This document shows positions 47,591 through 60,338 of a stretch of DNA of 64,000 nucleotides, in pieces. The stretch lies in NCBI RefSeq assembly GCF_009914755.1, contig NC_060925.1; one strand, written 5' to 3'. Every line of letters begins with the position of its first letter. Position 1 is the first letter of the stretch. The notes below the pieces were generated by a model. The model ran no database searches, was not told the DNA's origin, and worked only from the letters and a program-made list of their open reading frames with translations. The stretch comes from the human T2T-CHM13v2.0 reference genome, Homo sapiens. A program made the position numbers and the translations under genes.

Positions 47591-50355
47591 ATAGAAATGC
47601 TACTGATTTTTGTATGCTGATTTTGTATTCTGCAACTTTACTGCATTTACCAGTTATAATAACTTTTTAGTGAAGTCTTTATGTTTTGCCAAACATAAGA
47701 TTATATCATCTGCAAAAAGGATAATTTGATTTCTTCCTTTCCAATTTGAATGCCCTTTATTTCCTTCTTTTGTCTGATTGTTCTAGCTAGAGCTTCCAAT
47801 ACCATATTGAATAACAGTGGTGAAAGTGGGCATCCTTGTTGTGTTCCAGATCTTAGAGGAAAAGCTTTCAGTTATTCTCCATTTGGTATATTAGCTGTGA
47901 GTCTGTCACATATGGCTTTTATTACGTTCTTCCTTCTATACCCAGTTTTTTGAAAGTTATGAAGGAATGTTAAATTTTGTCAAATGCTTTCTAGTATCAA
48001 TTGAAATAATTGTGTTTTCCTTCATTGTGTTGATATGATGTATCACATTGATTGATTTGCATATATTGGACCATCCTGGCATCCTAGGGAATAATACCAC
48101 TTGATCATGATGAATTATCTTTCTAATGTATTGTTGTATTCAGTTTGCTAGCATTTTGTCGAAGGTTTTTGCGTCAATAATCATCAGAGATATTGGCCTG
48201 CAGTTTTCTTTTTTGATGTGTCTTTGGTTTTTCTATCAGTGTAATACTGGCCTCGTAGAATGAGTTTGGGAGTATTCCCACCTGCTCTATTGTTTGAAAT
48301 AGGATTTGGGTAGGATTGGTATTAGTTCTTCTTTAAATGGTAGAATTCAGCAGTGAAGCCATTGGGTTCCAGGCTTTTCTTTACTGGGAGGCTTTTTATA
48401 ACGACTTTGATTTTGTTACTTGTTATTGGTCTGTTCAGGTTTTGGATTTCTTCATCATTCAATCTTGGTAGGCAGTATGTGTCTATGAATTTGTCCATTT
48501 CTCTAAATTTTCCAATTTATTGGCATATAGTTTCTCATAGTAGCCACTAATGATCCTTTGAATTTTGCAAATTATTTGTAATGCCTCCTTTTTCATGTCT
48601 GATTTTATTTATTTATATAGTCTCTCTTTTTTTTTCTTAGTTTGTCTGGCTAAATGTCTGTCATTTTGTTTGACTTTTCAAAAGACAACATTTTTGTTCA
48701 TCTTTTGTATTGTATTAATTATTTCAATTTTAATTATTTCTGCTCTGATCTTTGTTTTCTCTTTCACTAATTTGGGATTTGGTTTGTTCCTGCTTTTCTA
48801 GTTCTTTAAGATCTATCATTAAATTTTTTATTAAAAGTTTTCCTTCTCTTTTCTTATAGTCACTTACAGCTATAAGCTTCCCTCTTAGCACTGCTTCTGT
48901 TGTATCCCATAGGTTTTGGTATGTTGTGTTTCCATTATTATTTGTCTCAAGAAATTTTTCAATATTCTTCACAATTTCTTTTTTGACCCACTGTCATTCC
49001 GGAGCATATTGTTCATTTTCCACGTATTTGTATAGTTTTCAAAATTCTACTTGTTTTATTCCATTGTGGTCAGAGAAGATGCTTAACATTATCTCAACTC
49101 TTCTGAATGTTTTAAGACTTGTTTTGTGACTTAACATATGGCCTATCCTTGAGAATGATCCATGTGCTGAGCAAACGAATGTGTATTCTGCAGCCAATGG
49201 ATAAAATGTTCTGCAAATATGTGTTAGGTCCTCTTGGTCTACAGTGCAAATTGAGTCTGATTTTTTGGTTGATTTCTGTATGGAAGATCTGTCTAATAAT
49301 GAAAGTGGGGTGTCGAAATCCCTATTATTGTAGTATTGTCTGTCTCTCTCTTTTGGTCTAATAACGTTTGCTGTATATATCTGGGTGCTCCAGTGTTGGG
49401 TGCATATGTATTTAAAATTGTTACATCCTCTTGCTGAATTGGTCTTTTATCATAATACAGTGAACTTCTTTGTCTTTTATAGTTTTTATTTTGAAGTTCT
49501 TTGAAATTTAGGGTATTTTTATTTTATTTGAAATGTCCTAAAGATATCATGTAGAAAAAGAAAAGTAGCAGGATTATTTTAATTTTGTCACATAATAGTG
49601 CTTGGTTCTTTTTAATTGCATAGGGTAATACATTTTAACAGATGACTATCTTGTCATCTTTTTAATCACTGTAATTAGACAATGCCTTTTTAATATATCT
49701 GACATATATCTGGAACTGTCATCTTTTGCTTGGTGATTTAGTTGATTTTACACTTAGAAATGTGACTCATATTTTATTAGAAGATAATATAAAGCCTCAT
49801 TTTTGTATCTTATTAAAAATTCTTTCAGTTTTACTGTTTTAATTATCTAAAGTCTCAAGATGTGAGTGAGAACATATTTTATAGCAGTCTCAGTTAATTG
49901 TATTAATAGATAAGAGTAAATAGTTCAAATGTTTTCTACCTCTTGTTAAAAACACTTTATCAGTAAATTTATAATGCACTTTCTTTCAAAGTCTCAAATT
50001 ATAATTCATTCATCAAAAATGCAGTTCACAAAAAAAGTCAGATAATTTGCCACAAATGACAACGAGTGGTTTACGATATGTCCATCATATTCTGTATAAT
50101 TAGTTGCTTTCAAAGGATAATAAAATTATAGTAGGACCATAAGTAAGATGAATAAAAGAACAAAGTCAATATGGCAAAGATTTGTCTTTCCTGTCTCCCA
50201 GGAAGTGAAGCATAAAATCTCAGGAAATCTGAATAGGAGAAAATCTACATTTAAAGCCATGCATGGATAAAATTTCAGAGCCTCCTTATACTTATTAAAA
50301 GTGGAAAAAGTCCTCCTTCTTTCCCTGAAAATGTGTGCCGTCTGATCACATTAAG

Positions 50356-50748
50356 GATATAATTTGGATGTCTGTCCCCTCAATATCTCATGTTGAAATG
50401 TGCTTCCTAGTGTTGGAGGTGGGGCTTGGTGAGAGGTGTTTTGGTCATGGGGGCCGATTCCTCATGAATAGCTTGGTGCCCTTCCTATGGTAATCAGTTC
50501 ATATGAGACCTGGTTGTTAGAGTCTGGGACCTCCTCCCTCACTTGTTTTCTCTCTCACTCATGTGGCATGCCTGCTCCCCTTCCCCTTTCAGCGTGATTG
50601 GAAGCTTCCTGAGGCCTCACCAGAAGCAGATGCTGGCACTATGCTTCTTGAACAGCCTGCATAACTGTGAGCCAAAATAAACCTCTTTCCTTTATAAATT
50701 ACTCAGCTTCAGGTTTTCCTTTATAGTAACACAAAATGAACTAATACA
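50356..50748 (+). mobile_element. MST (MaLR) solo LTR
   Basis: GATATAATTTGGATGTCTGTCCCC...CTCATGTTGAAATG...GAACTAATACA. Confidence 0.88.
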
Positions 50749-50939
50749 AGGACAGATTGAATTTAGAATGAACCTGAGACCTGGACTGTAGATTTTGAAT
50801 AGTTCGTTTTCCTTCAGCTGACAGTTCCAAGGCCCTGAATGTGAAAAGGGGAATGTATTCTATGCCCTTTCACTAACCTCGGGCGCAAACAAAGTCAGGG
50901 CATAAACTTTGCAAATTGTTTAAACAACAGAAGTCTTAC

Positions 50940-51730
50940 TTATTTAAAAAATGTAAATTGACGGTTTAAAATTCTATATGTTTATAGTGTCTAAAGTGAT
51001 GTTATAATTTATTAAGACAATGTGGAAAATTAAATCAAGCTAATTAACATGTTCATCACCTCAAATATTTTCATTTTTATGGTGAGAGCATGTTAAATTT
51101 ACTCAGTAATTTTGAATTTTACAATGCATTATTAACCATATTTACTACAGTGTGCAATAAATCTCATTGTAAAAAAACCTTATTCCCCCAATCTAACTGA
51201 GATTTTGTGCCCTTTGACTGTCATCTTTCCTTTCCCCATGTACCCCAGCTTCTATAGCCATGGTCCTACCATCTGTTTCTATGAGTTTAATTGTTCTAGA
51301 TTCTACATTTTGTGAGAACATAAAGTATTTGTCTTTCGTGCCTGGCTTATTTCACTTAGCACGATGTCCTCCAGGTTCATCCGTATTGTTATAAATGACA
51401 GAGTTTCCTTGTATTTTAAGGCTGAATAGTACTCCATTTTTTATGTACACCACATTTTCTTTATCCATTTGTCTGTTGATAGACACTTAGGTTGATTTCA
51501 TAACTTGACTATGGTGAATAGTTCTGTAATGAACATGGGAGGGATTTCAAATCTTTTAGGTAAATGCTGAAATAGATAGTAATTTTATTTTTAGTTTTGT
51601 ATGTATGGACATTTAAACCTCCATTCTATTTTCTGTAATTGTTGTACTGATCTACATTCCTACCAACAGTCTAACCTGTTCCTTTTCTTCACATCCTTCC
51701 TAACACTTGCTCTCATAATTTTTGTAGTGA
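50940..51730 (-). mobile_element. L1MA 3' end (antisense)
   Basis: Reverse L1MA 3' UTR (AAATCAAGCTAATTAAC; CCTGGCTTATTTCACTTAGC). Confidence 0.82.
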
Positions 51731-51936
51731 TCAGGAAAATAGAGAAGTTTGAAATGTGAGTTTCCCATTAGAATTACATTCTATTCATGGTAGAACTTCT
51801 CCAATTTATTTTCCATCTCCTTCCTCCTACTTCATGTCTACAATGACATAGATGCCTTGAATTATAAACATTCTAGTAACAGGATAGAACTGTGAACTAA
51901 ACCGTATATCCAATTCACTTGCCAAAGAAGTGATAG

Positions 51937-52305
<369 letters not shown>

Positions 52306-52637
52306 CCCTAATAACCTTTTTTAATCTTAGTGAAGTTGTATGTTTCATACACAAATTTTGTCACATGGCCTATGATAACAGAGTTATAAATTAAGTATAT
52401 GCAAAGTTATGCATTGTGTAGAAATAAAATAATAATGCAATATTCATTTATAGTGATTTTGACTCCTCAAAATATTTATTATATATAATATTGATTTTGT
52501 AACTATAACATTAATATTCTATTGGTGCAACTTGTTAATTAATAAATATAAATAAAGTAATGTAAAAAATATACACACACACAAGCACATGTGTACACAC
52601 ACACGAGGGGTAAATGGCTAAGTACTTTAATTTTACT

Positions 52638-53158
52638 TAGACGTGCTCATCCCTGTAATCCTAGCACTTTGGGAGACTGAGGCAGGAGGATCACTTGAGC
52701 TCAGGAGTTTGAGACCAGCCTGGGTAACATAGTGAGACCTCATCTCTACTTAAAAAAATAACTGATAATAAATAAATAAATAAAATAAGAATAAAGAATT
52801 ACATGATTGAGTTGTATCTTGGATGGTGAGAAATAAATGATTCAGATTTAAGCTATAGGCCAGGTGCAGTGGCTCATGCCTGTAATCCCAGCACTTTGGG
52901 AGGCCGAGGCAGGTGGATCACCTGAGGTCAGGTGTTCAAGACCAGCCTGGCCAACATGGTGAAACCCCATCTCTACTAAAAATACAAAATTACCTGAGTA
53001 TGGCAGCACATGCTTGTAATCCCAGCTACTCAGAAGGCCGAGGCCAGAGAATCACTTGAACCCAGGAGGCAGAGGTTGCAGTGAGCCAAGCTTGCACCAC
53101 TGCACTCCAGCCTGGGTGACAAAGAGAGACTCTGTCTCAAAAATAAAATAAAATAAAG
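52638..53158 (+). mobile_element. FLAM monomer (52638-52790) and AluS (52858-53158)
   Basis: Alu consensus with A-rich tails. Confidence 0.92.
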
Positions 53159-53207
53159 ATTTAATCTATATTTGTAGTTTAGAAACTAATGATTCCAGAT
53201 CATAGAG

Positions 53208-54281
53208 ATGTTGAAATTGGTTATTATTGAGAACATGGCAGAAATTATGCTATTCTCATTAGATCTCTTGCTTTTCTCCACAGATATCCTTTGCTTTAAT
53301 TTTCCTTCTAAGATGATCAAACTTCCTGGTTTTATTACCATACAAATCTTCTTTTATCCACAAGCCAGCTTTGGAATTTCAGCAAACACCATCCTTCTTC
53401 TTTTCCACATCTTCACCTTTGTTTTCAGTCACAGGTCTAAGTCCATTGACATGATAATTAGTCACCTGTCTCTCATCCACATACTGCTGCTCTTCACTCA
53501 GGCAATATTGGTGTCCTTAGACTTCTTTGGTTCACAGAATACTCAGGATGATCTTAGGTATAAGGTCATTGTCTTTTTAAACAAGGTGATGAGGGGCCTC
53601 TCCATCTGCACCCCCTGCCTCCTGAGTGTGCTCCAGGCCATCATCAGCCCCAGCATCTTCTCCTTGGCAAAGCTCAAACATCCTTCTGCAAGTCACATCT
53701 TAGGATTCTTCCTTTTCTCATGGGTCCTCAACATGTTCATTGGTGTAATCTTCTGCTGTACACTGCGGCTACCCCCAGTGAAACGGGGCCAGTCTTCTGT
53801 TTGTCATACAGCACTGTTCCTTTTTGCCCATGAGCTACACCCACAGGAGACTGTTTTTCACACTAATGACTTTGAGGGATGTCACCTTTATAGGGTTCAT
53901 GGTCCTCTCAAGAGGCTACATGGTGATTATTTTATACAGACAATAAGAGGCTATCTCAGTGCCTTCACACAGCCAGCCTGTCCCCGAGTCTCACCAGTGA
54001 AAAGAGCCTCCCAGGCTATCTTACTGCTGGTGAGTTTTGTCTTCACATACTGGGTGGACTTTACGTTCTCATTTTCAGGAGGTGTGACATGGATAAATGA
54101 TTCTCTGCTAGTGTGGCTCCAGGTTATTGTGGCCAATAGCTATGCCGCAATTAGTCCTTTGATGCTAATTTATGCTGATAACCAAATATTCAAGACTCTG
54201 CAAATGTTATGGTTTAAATATTTGTCTCCTCCAAAGCTCATGTTGAAATTTAATCGCCAATGTGGCAGTACTAAGAAGTGA
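53208..54281 (+). CDS. VN1R5: Vomeronasal type-1 receptor 5 (gene/pseudogene), open 357-aa allele; internally frameshifted, probably not an intact 7TM
   Basis: Translation matches my recall of VN1R5 (MLKLVIIENMAEIMLFS...CGSTKK); V1R motifs GISANTILL, KVMRGLSICTPCLLSVLQAI, KRASQAILLLVS; codon 46 = CAA. Confidence 0.93.
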   Translation: MLKLVIIENMAEIMLFSLDLLLFSTDILCFNFPSKMIKLPGFITIQIFFYPQASFGISANTILLLFHIFTFVFSHRSKSIDMIISHLSLIHILLLFTQAILVSLDFFGSQNTQDDLRYKVIVFLNKVMRGLSICTPCLLSVLQAIISPSIFSLAKLKHPSASHILGFFLFSWVLNMFIGVIFCCTLRLPPVKRGQSSVCHTALFLFAHELHPQETVFHTNDFEGCHLYRVHGPLKRLHGDYFIQTIRGYLSAFTQPACPRVSPVKRASQAILLLVSFVFTYWVDFTFSFSGGVTWINDSLLVWLQVIVANSYAAISPLMLIYADNQIFKTLQMLWFKYLSPPKLMLKFNRQCGSTKK

Positions 54282-54556
54282 TGAGAGGTTAATCCATTCA
54301 TGAACTCATGAATTAATGGGTTGTCATGAGAATGGGACTGGTGGCTTTAGAAGACGAGGAAGAGAGACCACTCAGCCTCCTTGCCATATGATGCCGTCTG
54401 CTGCCTCAGGACACTACAGAATTCCCACCAGCAAGAAGGCTCTGATCATCTGGTGAGATATTGGACCTTCCATAACTGTAATAAGCAAATTCCTTTTCAT
54501 TAGAAATTGCCCAGTTTCAGGCATTGTGTTATAAGCAACAGTAAATGGACTAAGAT
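54205..54556 (+). mobile_element. MST/MLT1A-type MaLR solo LTR overlapping the VN1R5 3' CDS
   Basis: TGTTATGGTTTAAATATTTGTCTCCTCCAAAGCTCATGTTGAAATTTAAT...GTTATAAGCAACAG..AATGGACTAAGA. Confidence 0.88.
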
Positions 54557-54802
54557 CTTCTTACTAAGTTGTCAGAAAATAAGAATAAATGTTTAAAAAG
54601 AAGTGATGAAAATTAAGACTTAAAAATGAAATTGGCCATCACCTAGGGTTTTTAAATGTCACGATATTTTGTCTCTGTGTAAATTTTTAACGAGTATTAT
54701 TAATCTCTGTTGCATCTGATTTAGGAACTTTTATAATACGGCAGAAAAGCACTTGTAGATATTTGATCACATTTTATACATCAATCATATATGTCCATAG
54801 GC

Positions 54803-55423
<621 letters not shown>

Positions 55424-55620
55424 TGAAAATTGTTTTATTGAAGATCAGTTTAGGCGAACTGTTGCCATATGATCTGAAATGTCTTTCATTCTCCTTTTTG
55501 TAAAAGTTAAAGTACACAGTTTTATGTTGACAATCTCACATCACACTTTCAAACAAATATTTCCCTGAGTCCCAACTTCCATTTTTGATTTTGAAAATTA
55601 CAGACATTTACAATATTGTT

Positions 55621-55645
55621 TGTGTGTGTGTGCGTGTGTGTGTGT
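55621..55645. repeat. (TG)n microsatellite
   Basis: Direct reading. Confidence 0.9.
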
Positions 55646-56286
55646 AACTTAAAGTTCCCTCTCCTCCTAGCTAACTTTAACTTTTATCGATTTATGGCTG
55701 ATATTCCTATGACACTCTGGTGCATCTGTCTACAGATATTTCTATTTTTTATATTACACTTATTTAATATTCTTCATTAATCTTCATTAATTCATTAATT
55801 TAATTAATTGGACCTTTTTGTTTTACTCCTTATATCGCGTAACTTCTTTTATATACTTTACATTGCTTTGTTTTCGAGTTCACATTCTAGGAAACTTATT
55901 CAGCCAAATAGCTTGGTTTTACTAAAAGTTTTTTTCAATTCTGTATCAACTGCAATCTAACCATTTCATTGATTCTGGGTACACAATTTTAAAAAAAACT
56001 TTGTTTGCAGTTGTTCTATTTAGTCACTTTTCAAATATGCCACATCATGCTTCTAGTCTCCTACTATTTACTCTTTAAAAATTTAAATTCATTTTTGTTT
56101 TCTCTTAATCTGATATTCATATCTCATATCGCAAGGTATAATTCTGATAATTTCTGGTTTGGTAATTATTAATTCTGCTGGCTTGTTTGCTGCCTACTTT
56201 GTAATTTAATTGTCATAAGTGACATCATTTTGTTCCTTGAGAAGGCTGAGGGTCTCAGTGATAGATGACTGGAAAGAAAATTTGGA

Positions 56287-56425
56287 AGCTTGACACAGTG
56301 GCACACATTTGTAATTCTAGAAACTCAGGAGGCTAAGGTGAGAAGATTGCTTGAGCCCAGGAGTTTAATACTAGCCTGGGCAACATGGAGAGACCCCTAT
56401 CTCAAAAAAAAAAAAAAAAAAAAAG
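56287..56425 (+). mobile_element. FLAM-type Alu monomer
   Basis: Monomeric Alu with poly(A). Confidence 0.85.
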
Positions 56426-56914
56426 AGAAAGAAAATTTGTATTTGCTTCTTCCAAAAGCCCCATGCCCTACAGCTGGGGCATTTTCAAATTAATGTCTTG
56501 GTTTAGGTTTTCCTTGACTATTTATGCCAGATAAATATAACTCAAAACCAACAGGTCCTTTATTCCCCTCAGAGTTTAAGTATCAAGGTAGAAATAGTTC
56601 CATTGTGTAATCTGGCTTACCAACTTCTCTTTTGACTCAAAGTATAAAACCTTGAAAGTATTAGCATTGTGTAGGTGTCCCAGTTTCATTCAATGGGTTA
56701 AATAGATTGATGTTATTTTCCCTTTACCTACACAATTGACATAAATCAACATTTCACATTGGTAGTACCAGCCAATCCCTTCAGAGGAGCCCGGGCGTCC
56801 CTGTTTGATTTCAACCAAGCTTAAGAATTATCTTTATTTTATTCCCATGGGGATTCCCTCTATTATCTTGTAGGTTCAGCTAGACATTTAAATATATATT
56901 AATTTATACACCAT

Positions 56915-57660
56915 TTATAAACTAAAGAGTTTCTGCAAAGCAAAAGAAACTATCAACAGAATAAACAGACTATCTACAGAATCAGAGAAAACAATTACCA
57001 ACTGTGCATCTGGCAAAGTTCCAGAATCTATAAGGATTAGTCCATAATATCCAGAATCTATAAGGAACAAATCAATAAACCAAAAACAAACAGCTCCATT
57101 AAAAATGGGCAAAGGACATAAATGCTTCTGAAAATAAGACATTCGATAAGCCAAAAACATAAAAATGCTCATCACTACTTATCAGCAAAATGTAAATTAA
57201 AACCACAAACTATCTGACCCTAGTCAGAAGGGCTATTATTAAAAAGTCAAAAAATAACAGTTGCTGGAGAGTTTGCAGAGAAAAGGGGGTGCCTGCACAC
57301 CATTGGTAGAAATGTAAGTTCATTCAGCCACTGTGGAAAGCAGTCTGGAAATTTCTCGAAGAACTTAAAACAGAACTACTATTCAACCCAGCAATCCCAC
57401 TACTAGGTATACAATCAAAGGAAAATATACCATTCTATAGAGAAGACACATGCACTTGTATGCTCATCACCACACTATGCACAATAGCAAAGACATGGAA
57501 TGAACCACCATCAGTGGTGGACTGGATCAAGAAAATATGGTACATGTACACCATCGAATACTATGCAAACAAAAAAGAGTAAAATTATGCCCCTTGCAGT
57601 AACATAGATGCAGCTGGAGGCCATCATCTTCAATGAATTAACTCAGAATCAGAAAACAAA
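56915..57660 (+). mobile_element. L1 ORF2 3' fragment
   Basis: AAACTAAAGAGTTTCTGC...CCAGCAATCCCACTACT. Confidence 0.85.
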
Positions 57661-57664
57661 TACT

Positions 57665-57995
57665 GGCCAGGCGCAGAGACTCACGTCTGTAGTCTCAGCA
57701 CTTTGGGAGGCCAAGGGGGGCAGATCACATGAGGTCAGGAGCTCAAGGCCAGCCTAGCCAACATGGTGAAACCCCACCCATCTTTACTAAAAATACTAAA
57801 AATTAGCTGGACATGGTGACGGGCACCTGTAATCCCAGCTACTCGGGAGGCTGAGGCAGGAGAATTGCTTGAACCTGGGAGGCAGAGGTAGCAGTGAGCT
57901 GAGATCCTCCATTGCACTCCAGCCTGGGCAACAAGAGCAAAACTCTGTCTCAAAAATAACATAAAATAAAAATAAAATAAAATATAAAAATAAAT
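57665..57995 (+). mobile_element. Alu (AluS)
   Basis: Alu consensus with (ATAAA)n tail. Confidence 0.93.
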
Positions 57996-57996
57996 A

Positions 57997-58660
<664 letters not shown>

Positions 58661-59663
58661 GGAAACTCTTAACATTTTTAAACATTGCCTATTTGATACT
58701 TATTTTCTCCCCACATCATTTCTGTGTAAAAAATTTTTTCTCTGTTTTTTTTTGACTAGTTTATTTTGTAGTTATACATCTTTTTCTACAAAAAACGTTT
58801 GGAATTTTTAATGATTTCTGATTTTTTCTGTGTCTAACTCATTGATTTCTTATTTTTAAATTAACACCTATGTTTTTATTCATTTATAGTCCTCATTGTT
58901 GAGTTGAGGTAGTAATGCGTTAGTTGCATTATTTATATAGATTTAAATATTGTAAATATACATTTAATAACTGGACTTTCAGCTGTCTGAAAAATGCTGG
59001 GGGATAATTGGGTATGGATATTTCTAAGTATTGTGTATTGTCACCTTTTTGTGTTGTAATGCATCTTTCTCACTTTGTTTGCTGTTTGTCATGTTACTGT
59101 GTTAGATACTAAAAGATAAATTTTTACTTACTTTCTGTTTTTTTTTTTTAGAGATGAGGTCTCACGCTGTCACCCAGGCTGGGGTACAGTGGTGTGATCA
59201 TAGCTCACTGCAGCCTTGAACTCCTGGGCTCAAGCAATTCTCCTGCCTTAGCCTCCATAGTAGCTAGAAGTGCAGATACCTCTTTGATATACTGATTTCC
59301 TTTCTTTTCAATATATACACAGCAGTGGAATTTCTGGATCATAGAATAGCTCCACTTTTAGTTTTCTGAGGAACATCCAAACTGCTGTCCATAGTGGTTG
59401 TACTAATAATTTACATTCTCACCAACAGTGTATGAGGAGTTCTCTTTTTTCCACAACCTCATCAGCATTTGTTATAGCCTGTGTTTTAAATATAAGCAAT
59501 TTTGGCTAGGTGCAGTGGCTCACACCTGTAATCCCAGCACTTTAGGAGGCCGAGGTGGGCGGATCACAAGGTCAGGAGTTCGAGACCAGCCTGACCAATA
59601 TGGTGAAACACTCTCTCCACTAAAAATACAAAAATTGGCCAGCCGTGGTGGCGGGCACCTTTA

Positions 59664-59822
<159 letters not shown>

Positions 59823-59920
59823 TCATTGTAGTTTTGATTTGCATTTCTCTAATGATCAATGATGTTGACCACGTTTTTATATACCTGTTGGCCATTTGTC
59901 TGTCTTCCTTTAAGAAATGG

Positions 59921-60338
59921 TGATATGGTTTGGATCTGTGTCCCCACCCAAATTTCATGTGGAATTGTAATCCCCAATGTTGGAGGTGGGGCTTGGCAGG
60001 AGTTGATGGGATCATGGGGGCAGAGTTCTCATTAATAGGTTTGCACCATCAACTCGGTGCTATTCTCATGATAGTGAGTGAGTTATCATTAATCTGGTTG
60101 TTTAAAAGTGTGTAGCACCTCCCCCATCTCTGTTGCTCCTGCTCCAGCCGTGTAAGATGTGCCTGCTTCCCCTTTGTGCCTTCTGCCATGATTATAAGTT
60201 TCCTGAGGCCTCTCCAGAAGCAGAAGCCACTAGGCTTTCTATATATCATGCAGAACCATGAGCCAATTAAACCTCTTTTCTTTATAAATTACCCAGTCTC
60301 AGGTATTTTGTTATAGCAATGTGAGAACAGACTAATAC
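59921..60338 (+). mobile_element. MSTA-type MaLR solo LTR
   Basis: TGATATGGTTTGGATCTGTGTCCCCACCCAAAT...GACTAATACA; approximate TSD (A/C)ATGG. Confidence 0.9.
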
